Positions 8,759-17,313 of a stretch of 64,000 nucleotides of DNA are shown piece after piece. The notes under the pieces are model-generated. The model searched no databases and was not told the origin of the DNA. It was given only the letters and a program-made list of their open reading frames with translations. The stretch is from an uncultured Fibrobacteraceae bacterium (lineage in GTDB: Bacteria; Krumholzibacteriota; Krumholzibacteriia; LZORAL124-64-63). The stretch is taken from contig CAZGEC010000023.1 of the NCBI GenBank assembly GCA_964524645.1, positions 618 through 64,617 on the forward strand, given 5' to 3'. Every line of letters begins with the position of its first letter. Positions within the stretch are counted from its first letter, which is position 1. A program made the position numbers and the translations under genes.

Positions 8759-9198
8759 GAAATGCCCCCTGTTTCGTCTGAGATGGGTCCATTTCGACAG
8801 GGAGTCATGTTATCATGAATTCGGACAATATCATAATCCTGCCGTCGCCGGCACCGGGGCTCAGGGAGAAGAAGAGTCCTGGCACTCGACCTCGTCATGC
8901 CGGTCTGATCACGCATGCCGGTGCTGAAGCCGTGCTCGTCGGCGGCGACATCGATGGAGCCAAGGATCTTGAAGCCCGCTCTTGTGCGGTTACAGGCAGG
9001 TCATCGTCCTGCCCCATGTCCCGCGCTTCAAGGAGCTGGGATCGGTCGCGGGAGGCCACTGAGGACGATTGAGAGGATTCCTGCAATTTAGCCTCGTGTT
9101 CGGAGACCCCGATGCCTTACACTCCATTGAAATGCATGATCAACTCGAACGACCAGATCGCCTAGAAATGCGAATCTATGACAAGGGGGGGGCATGTC

Positions 9199-11055
9199 AT
9201 GATCCGGACCATCACCCTGGGGATCTTGCTGGCTGCGGTTTCCTTCCTGCTGTACGCATGTGGCTCTGGTTCTCCGGACGCTCCGGACGACGGAGATGAT
9301 GGTCCGACCGGGAGCCTGTATGCGATCCCTCCCTTCCACGTCCTCAGTCATTGCATGAACCTGCAGGGCGTCTGGGCGAACGAGCTGGCGACGATCACCG
9401 TCGGCGAGATGGGCATGGTCTTCATCACGACTTCCGCGGGGCGCTTTCTCTTGCCGACCGATGTCAATACCAAGCTCAACGATGTCTGGGTGTCGACCAT
9501 GAGAGGGGTTTTCGTTGTTGGTGATGCTGCACAGGCGTTCTCTGCCGGAGTTGCCATGCGCTTCGAGGGAGACAGGCGCATTGCTATGTGGGGGCTAAAT
9601 TCTGATGTCCCGGCCGTCCATGGATATGAATCCCGGGCTGGTGTGTATGTTTATGCGGCTACTAATACCTATATCCACAATTGGGGCAATAGCGGATATT
9701 TCGACCAATACGGGGATGTGGGAATACACATTTATGATGTCTGGTCGTTCCCGAACGAACACGTGTATGTCGGGGCCATGGGGGGGGTCTACCTCGGCGG
9801 TGGCCTTTCCGATTTCGGCAAGGTCTATGATGGCACAACGGGGCCTTATTACGGGGTGAGCGGGATCGCCGTCGACAGCGTGATGGCGGTCGGGGGAGCC
9901 GTCGGCAACTACGAGATCGTGTGGCTGGCCGGCACGGAAAACGATTTCGAGCGCGTCTACAGCTCGGACAAGCAACTGCTGGATATCTGCTGGGCCGACC
10001 ACGACTGGGCCGTCGCCGTCGGCAAGGACGGCGCGAACGTCCTTTATGACGGAGATCGCTGGATATCGCTCTTCATCGACCCTTCTCTGGACCTGAGAGC
10101 CGTGGCGGCCTGGAAGGTCGACAGCGAGAAGTTCGCGGTCGCCGTCGGGGACTCCGGCGCTGTCTTCCGCTACGCCAATGACGATTGGGAAGGCGGAGCC
10201 TCGCCGCGCGTCTCGTGGAACGATTTCATGGGGGTGTCTCCGTCGGTGATGTACGCGATCGGCGACGGTCGTCTCTTCAGGTACGACGGTGGCTGGAGCC
10301 GGGAGCCCCTCGCGGGGAATCTCGCCCTGACTGACCTCTACTGTCTCGCCGAGGACTCCGTCTGGGCGATCGGCCGTGTCTTAATGGACAATTTCGTGGC
10401 CAGCTACGATGGCGCGAGCTGGGTGACGCACTGGATCGCCTCCCTGGAGACCGCCAACGACATCTGGGCGGCCGACTTCGACCACGTGTTCGTCGCCTGC
10501 GATTTCGGCACGGTCTACAGCAGCGTCGGCTCGTGGGCGCCCATGTCGGTGATCCAGCCGGTCCAGCATCTGCGCGGCATCTGGGGCTCCTCGCCCACGT
10601 CCGTCTATGTGGTTGGTGAGAATGGAACCATCTGCCGCTGGAACGGCTCCATGTGGACGCCCATGGCCAGCGGAACGACCGAGCACCTTTTGGCCATTCA
10701 CGGCAGCTCCGAGCAGAACATCGTGGCCGTGGGAGCCAATGGCACCGTCCTGCGCAACGCCGGCAACGAGTGGACAGCAATGCATCCGGCGATCGACGAT
10801 TCCCTGACCCTGGTGTGGTGCGACGGCCCGGATAACATCTGGGCCGCGAGCCCCGCCGGCGCGGTGATCCATTTCGACGGCGCCGGCTGGATGCGGACGA
10901 ACACCCAGCTCAATCTGCGCGCATACGATACGCGGGGGATCACGCACAACGCCATCTGGGGCGCCGGAGAAGACCTCTATATCGCCACGGACGATGGCTT
11001 TCTGCTCCAGTACCGCCAGGCTCCCACGACGCTCGATGACTTGAGCCTGTGGTGA
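9199..11055 (+). CDS. Lipoprotein with ~40 aa beta-propeller-like repeats
   Basis: Lipobox LLYAC; recurring L-x-[DGA]-[IV]-W-[GAS] and VG..G motifs (LNDVW, ANDIWA, LRGIWG, LLAIHG, HNAIWG). Confidence 0.7.
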   Translation: MIRTITLGILLAAVSFLLYACGSGSPDAPDDGDDGPTGSLYAIPPFHVLSHCMNLQGVWANELATITVGEMGMVFITTSAGRFLLPTDVNTKLNDVWVSTMRGVFVVGDAAQAFSAGVAMRFEGDRRIAMWGLNSDVPAVHGYESRAGVYVYAATNTYIHNWGNSGYFDQYGDVGIHIYDVWSFPNEHVYVGAMGGVYLGGGLSDFGKVYDGTTGPYYGVSGIAVDSVMAVGGAVGNYEIVWLAGTENDFERVYSSDKQLLDICWADHDWAVAVGKDGANVLYDGDRWISLFIDPSLDLRAVAAWKVDSEKFAVAVGDSGAVFRYANDDWEGGASPRVSWNDFMGVSPSVMYAIGDGRLFRYDGGWSREPLAGNLALTDLYCLAEDSVWAIGRVLMDNFVASYDGASWVTHWIASLETANDIWAADFDHVFVACDFGTVYSSVGSWAPMSVIQPVQHLRGIWGSSPTSVYVVGENGTICRWNGSMWTPMASGTTEHLLAIHGSSEQNIVAVGANGTVLRNAGNEWTAMHPAIDDSLTLVWCDGPDNIWAASPAGAVIHFDGAGWMRTNTQLNLRAYDTRGITHNAIWGAGEDLYIATDDGFLLQYRQAPTTLDDLSLW

Positions 11056-11247
11056 ACAGCCCTCTGCGGTCGCACGAAGGTGGAGGCGATGGATAGCCAG
11101 GCGTAGAACTCGGTGCCATCGATTTGAAGTGTCAGCCCTCGTCTGGGCGATCGCGCGGGCAGCGGCGGCGGGTGAGAGATTGAGCAGGCCACCGGTTCTC
11201 GTTTCCTGTAATCTGGGACAGGGAACTCACCCGGCAAGGAGGCTGGC

Positions 11248-11760
11248 ATGGATTTCCAGGAGCTGATCAGGGCCCGGTACAGCTGCCGGGCGTACGAGCC
11301 GACGCTGGTGGAGCGGGAGAAGCTGGAGATGGTGCTGGACGCGGGACGGCTGGCGCCGACGGCGGACAACCGGCAGCCCTTCCGGCTCGTCGTGCTGAAG
11401 ACCGCGGGGCGCGAGGCCGAGCTGCGGCGCGTCTACGACAAGGCCTGGTTCGTGCAGGCGCCGCTGGTGATCGCCGTGGTCAGCGTGCCGGGCGAGGCCT
11501 GGGTGCGTAAGCAAGACGGCTGGAACGCCGGCGACGTGGACGCGGCCATCGTCATGGACCACCTGACCCTGGCGGCGGCGGACATCGACCTGGGCACCTG
11601 CTGGGTCTGCGCCTTCGATCCGGAGGCGACCCGGGCCGTGCTCGGCCTGCCGGCCGACGCGGTCCCGGTGGCCTTCACGCCGCTGGGCTACGCCGCCGAC
11701 CAGCCCCGGGAGAAGAAGCGCAAGGATCTGGACCAGCTGCTACGCCGCGAGCGCTGGTGA
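11248..11760 (+). CDS. Nitroreductase family protein
   Basis: RYSCRAY, LAPTADNRQP, LGTCWV, PLGY. Confidence 0.9.
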   Translation: MDFQELIRARYSCRAYEPTLVEREKLEMVLDAGRLAPTADNRQPFRLVVLKTAGREAELRRVYDKAWFVQAPLVIAVVSVPGEAWVRKQDGWNAGDVDAAIVMDHLTLAAADIDLGTCWVCAFDPEATRAVLGLPADAVPVAFTPLGYAADQPREKKRKDLDQLLRRERW

Positions 11761-11770
11761 GGCGGGTCGC

Positions 11771-12697
11771 ATGCCTGTCTACGCCACGCTGGACGTCGGT
11801 TCCAACTCGGTGAAGCTGCGGGTGGAGGAGCTGGGGAGCGACGGCGCCTGGCGGCTGCGCGACGACCGCCAGGACATCACCCGCCTGGGCGAGAAGCTGC
11901 AGTCCCGCGGCATCATCGGCGAGGCGGCGGCTGCGCGAACCCTGGCCGTGATCAGCGACTTCGCCGAGCGGGCGCGGCGCCTTGGAGCCTGCGAGATCGC
12001 GGCCGTCGGCACCATGTGTCTGCGGCGCGCGGCCAACGCGGCGGACTTCGTGCGGCGGGTGCAGCAGGTGTGCTGCGTGCACCTCGAGATCATCTCCGGT
12101 GAGGAGGAGGCACGCCTGGCCCACCTCGGCGTGATCACCGGCCTGGGCTCCCGGAGCGGTCGGCTGGCGGTCTTCGACATCGGCGGCGGCAGCACCGAGT
12201 TCGTCTTCGGCGAGGGGACGGCGATCCAAGAGCGCTTCAGCCTGGAGGCCGGGGCCATCCGCCTGACCGACGACTACTGCCGCTCCGATCCCGTGACCCC
12301 CGAGGAAAGGGACCGCCTGCTGGCGGCGGTGGACCGGGAGCTGGGACGCCTGAAGGGCATGGAGCTTCCGGACGTCCTGGTGGGCATCGGGGGCACAATC
12401 ACCAACCTCAGCGCCATCCAGCAGTCGCTGCCCGCCTACGATACCGAGCGGGTGGAGGGCTCGACCCTGGGCCGCGACCAGGTGGCGGCCCTGCTGGAGC
12501 TGCTGCGCGGCAAGACCCTCGCCGAGCGGCGGCGGGTGGTCGGCCTAGATCCCAAGCGGGCCGACGTCATCCTGGCCGGCACCGCGCTGGCCCTGCGGAT
12601 CATGGATCACCTGGCCTGCCCCGTGCTGACCGTCAGCGACCGGGGATTGCGACACGGGCTCATGCGCGACCGGTTCCCCGCCCGGCGGACCGGTTAG
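11771..12697 (+). CDS. ppx: Ppx/GppA family phosphatase (short form, no HD domain)
   Basis: LDVGSNSVK, ISGEEEA, DIGGGSTE, RADVILAG, GLRHG. Confidence 0.9.
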   Translation: MPVYATLDVGSNSVKLRVEELGSDGAWRLRDDRQDITRLGEKLQSRGIIGEAAAARTLAVISDFAERARRLGACEIAAVGTMCLRRAANAADFVRRVQQVCCVHLEIISGEEEARLAHLGVITGLGSRSGRLAVFDIGGGSTEFVFGEGTAIQERFSLEAGAIRLTDDYCRSDPVTPEERDRLLAAVDRELGRLKGMELPDVLVGIGGTITNLSAIQQSLPAYDTERVEGSTLGRDQVAALLELLRGKTLAERRRVVGLDPKRADVILAGTALALRIMDHLACPVLTVSDRGLRHGLMRDRFPARRTG

Positions 12698-12837
12698 AAA
12701 ACCGGCAGGGTGCGGCCGTCGCGGCCGCTGTTTTCTATCTTCATCCGGCGCAATTGATTACGAGCGTCATTCCGGCCTGGCGGCACGGCTCCGACCGGCA
12801 TTTTTCCTTTACTTTTTCCGGGCTTCAGCCCTATTTA

Positions 12838-12855
12838 TTGTTAGTTTTCTAACAT
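12838..12855. promoter_or_regulatory. Rex-like palindromic operator upstream of dsrT
   Basis: TTGTTAG-TTTT-CTAACAT, with perfect inner palindrome TGTTAG-N4-CTAACA; resembles TTGT[TG]AA-N4-TT[AC]ACAA; directly abuts the dsrT RBS. Confidence 0.55.
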
Positions 12856-12873
12856 GAGGGGGCCGCCGGGTCT

Positions 12874-13467
12874 ATGGCCTTGCAAAATCAGTTGTTACAG
12901 AGAAGGCCTGCGATTCTCGCCCGCTGGTTCGAGTGCATCCTCGCCACCTATGCTCCCGAGACCGCCGGTTTCCTGCGGGCCGAGGGGGAGCGCTTCCAGA
13001 ATCCCGTGGGCGAGACCATCCGGCCGGCGCTGGCCGGGGTCTTCGACGCGCTGCTGGACGGGGCCGGTGACGACGTCCTGCGCGAGCGCCTGGATCCGGT
13101 GATCCGCATCCGTGCGGTGCAGGACTTCTCCGCGGCCGGAGCGGTGGCCTTCGTCTTCGACCTCAAGCAGGTCGTCCGCGAGGAGCTGGCCGGCAACGTC
13201 CTCGACGGGGCCGAGGACACCTGGCGCGACTTCGACCTGCAGGTCGATCACGCGGGCCTGCTGGCCTTCGACGTCTACATGCGCTGCCGGGAGCAGATCT
13301 ACGACCTGAGGGCCAGGGAGTTGAAGCGGTGCACCGCCGCCATCCTCAGGCGCCACAACTACGTGATCGAGGATCCGGAACCGGAGCCCAGCGGCGGCTC
13401 GGGTCCGGACGCCGTCGGCCGAGCGCCGCGAGAAAGGCCGGCCGGGAAGGGAGGCTCGGATCGATGA
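12874..13467 (+). CDS. dsrT: DsrT (RsbRD N-terminal-domain-like protein)
   Basis: FQNPVG, LDPVIRIRAVQDF, LLAFDVYMRCREQIY; overlaps the dsrM start. Confidence 0.8.
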   Translation: MALQNQLLQRRPAILARWFECILATYAPETAGFLRAEGERFQNPVGETIRPALAGVFDALLDGAGDDVLRERLDPVIRIRAVQDFSAAGAVAFVFDLKQVVREELAGNVLDGAEDTWRDFDLQVDHAGLLAFDVYMRCREQIYDLRARELKRCTAAILRRHNYVIEDPEPEPSGGSGPDAVGRAPRERPAGKGGSDR

Positions 13468-14474
13468 ACGCCCTGGTAGCCCTCATCGGCGTGTTCCTGC
13501 TGGCCCTCATCGCCTGGGTGGGCGCCGGGATCGGCCTGCAGACCATCTTCACGCTGGTCCTGCCGGGTCTGGCCCTCGTCATCTTCGTGCTGGGGGTGAT
13601 CGCCCGAATCGTGGGCTGGGCCCGCCGCCCGGTGCCCTTCAAGATCACCACGACCTGCGGCCAGCAGAAGTCGCTCCCCTGGATCCAGCACAGCCCGCTG
13701 GACAATCCCTACACCAAGCTGCAGGCATTCTTCCGCATGGTCGGGGAGATCCTGCTGTTCCGCAGCCTGTTCCGGAACACGCGGGCGGCCCTGGCGGGCT
13801 CGGCGACGGACCGCCGGCTGGTCTACGGCAGCAGCAAGTACCTGTGGCTCGGAGCCATCGTCTTCCACTACTCCTTCCTGGTGGTCATCCTGCACCACCT
13901 GCGGTTCTTCACCGAGCCTGTCCCCGGTTTCGTGGTCTTCGTGGAGAGGCTCGACTCCTTCTTCCAGATCGGGGTGCCGACCTTCTACATCACCAGCTTC
14001 ACGCTGCTGGCGGGCCTCGGCTACCTGCTGTATCGCCGTCTGGCCGACGGCCAGGTACGCTTCATGTCCCTGCTCTCGGATTACTTCGCTCTCTTCCTGC
14101 TGCTGGGGATCGGGATCACCGGTGCCCTGCTGCGCTACACCCCCTGGCGGACCGACATCACGACCGTCAAGGAGCTGGCGCTCGGGCTCTGGAGGCTGAC
14201 ACCGGTGACCATCCACGGCGCGCATCCGATCTTCTACGTGCACCTGTTCCTGGTGAGCGTGCTGCTGGCCTACTTCCCCTTCAGCAAGCTGATGCACGCC
14301 GGCGGGATCTTCCTGAGCCCCACGCGAAACATGCCCAACGACAACCGGGCTCACCGTCACGTGAATCCCTGGGGGGACGAGCTGATCGACAACACCCACA
14401 CCTACGAGGAGTGGGAGGAGGAATTCGCCGACGTCCTGAAGGCGTCCGGCTACGAGCTCGACCACGAGAAGTAG
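13464..14474 (+). CDS. dsrM: DsrM, NarI-like b-type cytochrome membrane subunit
   Basis: ITTTCGQQKSL, FRSLFRNT, FHYSFL..LHHLR, YFPFSKLMHAGG, HVNPW. Confidence 0.92.
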   Translation: MNALVALIGVFLLALIAWVGAGIGLQTIFTLVLPGLALVIFVLGVIARIVGWARRPVPFKITTTCGQQKSLPWIQHSPLDNPYTKLQAFFRMVGEILLFRSLFRNTRAALAGSATDRRLVYGSSKYLWLGAIVFHYSFLVVILHHLRFFTEPVPGFVVFVERLDSFFQIGVPTFYITSFTLLAGLGYLLYRRLADGQVRFMSLLSDYFALFLLLGIGITGALLRYTPWRTDITTVKELALGLWRLTPVTIHGAHPIFYVHLFLVSVLLAYFPFSKLMHAGGIFLSPTRNMPNDNRAHRHVNPWGDELIDNTHTYEEWEEEFADVLKASGYELDHEK

Positions 14475-14493
14475 CGAGCGAAAGGGATTGCCG

Positions 14494-16155
14494 ATGTCTC
14501 ACGATGTCATGAAACGGGAGGAGATGACCCGGTACTCGCTCCAGCCGCGGCGGAGCAACTGGCTCGATGCTTCCAAGACGGTCCTCAAGAAGGGCTGCTG
14601 GAACTTCGCCGCCGAGCCGAAGCCGACCAAGTACCTGGGTCTGCCCAACCCCCGCGAGTGGTCTCCCGCCGACCCGGACTGGAAGCTGCCGGAGAACTGG
14701 CTGGAGATCGTCCGCGAGGGCATGAAGAAGCGGCTGGAGAAGTACCGCTCCTTCCAGCTCTTCATGGACATCTGCGTGCGCTGTGGGGCCTGCGCCGACA
14801 AGTGTCACTACTTCCTGGGCGGCGGCGACCCCAAGAACATGCCGGTCATGCGGGCCGAGCTGCTGCGCTCCATCTATCGCGGCGAGTTCACCCGCGCCGG
14901 GAAGCTCCTCGGCGGGCTGGCCGGAGCGCGCAAGCTGACCGAGGACGTCATCAAGGAGTGGTTCTACTACCTCTACCAGTGCACCGAGTGCCGCCGCTGC
15001 TCGGTCTTCTGCCCGTACGGCATCGACACCGCCGAGATCACGATGATGGGACGCGAGCTGCTGAACGAGCTGGGCGTCGGCATCAACTGGATCGTCAAGC
15101 CGATCGCCGACTGCCACCGCACGGGCAACCACCTGGGCTTCCCGCCCCACGCCTTCAAGGACAGCCTCGAGTTCGCCGCCGACGACCTGAAGGACATCAC
15201 CGGGGTCGAGATCGAGCTGCCGATCCACAAGAAGGGGGCCGAGGTGCTCTTCGTGGTGCCGTCGGCCGACTACGCGGGCGAGCCGCACTACTACACGCTG
15301 CTGGGCTACATGGCGCTCTTCCACGAGATCGGTCTCGACTACACCTGGAGCGCCTACGCCTCCGAGGGCGGCAACTTCGGGCTCTTCCACTCCGCGCAGC
15401 AGATGAAGCGGCTGAACGGCAAGATCTACAAGGAGGCCAAGCGGCTCGGCGTGAAGTGGATCCTGGGCGGTGAGTGCGGGCACATGTGGCGGGTGATGCA
15501 CCAGTACATGGACACCCTGAACGGACCGGCCGATTTCCTCGAGGTACCGGTCTCGCCCATCACGGGAACGCGCTTCACCAACGCCGCCAGCACCAAGATG
15601 GTGCACATCGCCGAGTTCACGGCGGACCTGATCAAGCACGGGAAGATCAAGCTGGACCCGAGCCGGAACGACCACTGGCGAGTGACCTTCCACGATTCCT
15701 GCAACCCGGCGCGGGCGCTGGGCATCTTCGAAGAACCCCGCGAGGTCATTCGCGCCTGCTGCAGCCACTTCTTCGAGATGCCCGAGAACACCATCCGGGA
15801 GCAGACCTTCTGCTGCGGCGGCGGCTCGGGCGTGGGGACCGACGAGAACATGGAGATGCGGCTGCGCGGAGGCATGCCGCGGGGTAGCGCCCTCAAGCAC
15901 GTCAAGGAGCAGCACGGCGTGAACGTGATGAGCTGCATGTGTGCCATCGACAAGGCCGTGCTGCCGGCCCTGGCGGATTACTGGGTCGGCGACGTGGAGA
16001 TCGCCGGGATCCACGAGTTCGTGGGCAACGCCCTGGTCATGAAGGGCGAGAAGGAACGCGATACGGATCTGCGCGGCGAGCCCCTGCTGAAGACGCGGGA
16101 GGCGGCCGCCGCCGGTGTGGCCGCGGCGAGCGAGGGAGGTGAGCAGGATGTCTGA
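14494..16155 (+). CDS. dsrK: DsrK, HdrD-like Fe-S/CCG-domain catalytic subunit
   Basis: CVRCGACADKC, CTECRRCSVFCP, SEGGNFG, GECGH, HDSCN, FCCGGG. Confidence 0.93.
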   Translation: MSHDVMKREEMTRYSLQPRRSNWLDASKTVLKKGCWNFAAEPKPTKYLGLPNPREWSPADPDWKLPENWLEIVREGMKKRLEKYRSFQLFMDICVRCGACADKCHYFLGGGDPKNMPVMRAELLRSIYRGEFTRAGKLLGGLAGARKLTEDVIKEWFYYLYQCTECRRCSVFCPYGIDTAEITMMGRELLNELGVGINWIVKPIADCHRTGNHLGFPPHAFKDSLEFAADDLKDITGVEIELPIHKKGAEVLFVVPSADYAGEPHYYTLLGYMALFHEIGLDYTWSAYASEGGNFGLFHSAQQMKRLNGKIYKEAKRLGVKWILGGECGHMWRVMHQYMDTLNGPADFLEVPVSPITGTRFTNAASTKMVHIAEFTADLIKHGKIKLDPSRNDHWRVTFHDSCNPARALGIFEEPREVIRACCSHFFEMPENTIREQTFCCGGGSGVGTDENMEMRLRGGMPRGSALKHVKEQHGVNVMSCMCAIDKAVLPALADYWVGDVEIAGIHEFVGNALVMKGEKERDTDLRGEPLLKTREAAAAGVAAASEGGEQDV

Positions 16156-16531
16156 CTCCGGCAAGGTGATCCTCGGCCTGGTCGTCTTCCTGGCCATCGC
16201 CGCCTTCCCGCTCTGGTACAACCACGCAACCGGCGAGGCCACGGCGATGCCCGAGCTGGTATACCCGACCGGGTACACGGAGTGCGTGGCCGACAGCGCC
16301 TTCATGCGATCCAGCCACATGGATCTGCTCAACCAGTGGCGCGACGAGGTGGTGCGGCACGGGCGCCGGATCTACACGGGACCGCACGGCACGCAGTACG
16401 TCATGAGCCTGCAGAACACCTGCATGGGCTGCCACAGCAACAAGGCGACGTTCTGCGACCGCTGCCACAACTACATGGCGGTCGACCCCTACTGCTGGCA
16501 GTGCCACGTCGAGCCCAAGGAGAGCCTGTGA
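16148..16531 (+). CDS. dsrJ: DsrJ triheme cytochrome c
   Basis: N-terminal TM helix; MRSSHM..L..WRD.VVR; CMGCH, CDRCH, CWQCH. Confidence 0.92.
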   Translation: MSDSGKVILGLVVFLAIAAFPLWYNHATGEATAMPELVYPTGYTECVADSAFMRSSHMDLLNQWRDEVVRHGRRIYTGPHGTQYVMSLQNTCMGCHSNKATFCDRCHNYMAVDPYCWQCHVEPKESL

Positions 16532-17304
16532 TGAGTGTCGACAGAAGGAAGTTCCTGAAGCTGGCCGGGCTTTCCACCGTGCTCGGGGTGGCCGGACAAG
16601 GAACGCTCGCGGCGTTCGGCAAACCCATCAGTCCGGCCCGTTTCGAGTCTCCGCTCACCGCCAAGCGCTGGGCCATGGTCATCGACCTGCGCAAGTGGAC
16701 CGAGGAGGACAGCGTGGCCTGCGTGGAGGCCTGCCGCCGCGCCCACAACGTGCCCGAATTCGATAATGCCAAGGACGCGGTGAAGTGGATCTGGATGGAC
16801 CAGTACGACCACGCCTTCCCGGACGAGGAGGAGCACTACCTCCCGGAGAAGCTGCACGAGGCGCAGATCCCGCTGCTCTGCAACCACTGTGACAACCCGC
16901 CATGCACGCGGGTCTGCCCCACCCAGGCCACCTGGAAGCGGGAGAGCGACGGCATCGTGATGATGGACTGGCACCGCTGCATCGGCTGCCGCTTCTGCAT
17001 GGCCGCCTGTCCCTATGGTTCGCGCAGCTTCAACTGGCGCGACCCGCGGCCGCACATCCAGGGCGAGCTCAACCACGAGTATCCCACGCGGGAGCGCGGC
17101 GTGGTCGAGAAGTGCACCTTCTGCGAGGAGCGGCTGGCCGAGGGCGAGGAACCGGCCTGCGTCGCGGCCTGCAAGTCCGGCGCCATGACGTTCGGCGACC
17201 TGGAGGATCCCGAATCCAAGGTGCGGCGCCTCCTGGCGGAGAACTTCACCATCCGCCGCAAGCCGGAGCTGGGTACGCATCCCGAGGTCTACTATATCGT
17301 GTGA
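16531..17304 (+). CDS. dsrO: DsrO, Tat-exported polyferredoxin
   Basis: DRRKFLK Tat signal; CNHCDNPPC, CIGCRFCMAACP, KCTFC; the first Cys motif is incomplete (IDLRKWTEEDSVACVEAC), so probably 3 clusters. Confidence 0.92.
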   Translation: MSVDRRKFLKLAGLSTVLGVAGQGTLAAFGKPISPARFESPLTAKRWAMVIDLRKWTEEDSVACVEACRRAHNVPEFDNAKDAVKWIWMDQYDHAFPDEEEHYLPEKLHEAQIPLLCNHCDNPPCTRVCPTQATWKRESDGIVMMDWHRCIGCRFCMAACPYGSRSFNWRDPRPHIQGELNHEYPTRERGVVEKCTFCEERLAEGEEPACVAACKSGAMTFGDLEDPESKVRRLLAENFTIRRKPELGTHPEVYYIV

Positions 17305-17313
17305 GGAGTGGCC

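Noticed and set aside
9480-9780. Diversity-generating retroelement variable region
   Set aside because: No template repeat or reverse transcriptase in the window, and the patch is N-terminal rather than C-terminal
12740-12753. Weaker copies of the palindrome (TTCATCCGGCGCAA here; CTGACCCCGGTGAA at 21631..21644; GTTCACGGTGAAC at 4311..4323)
   Set aside because: Only 11/14 matches or different spacing; compatible with chance
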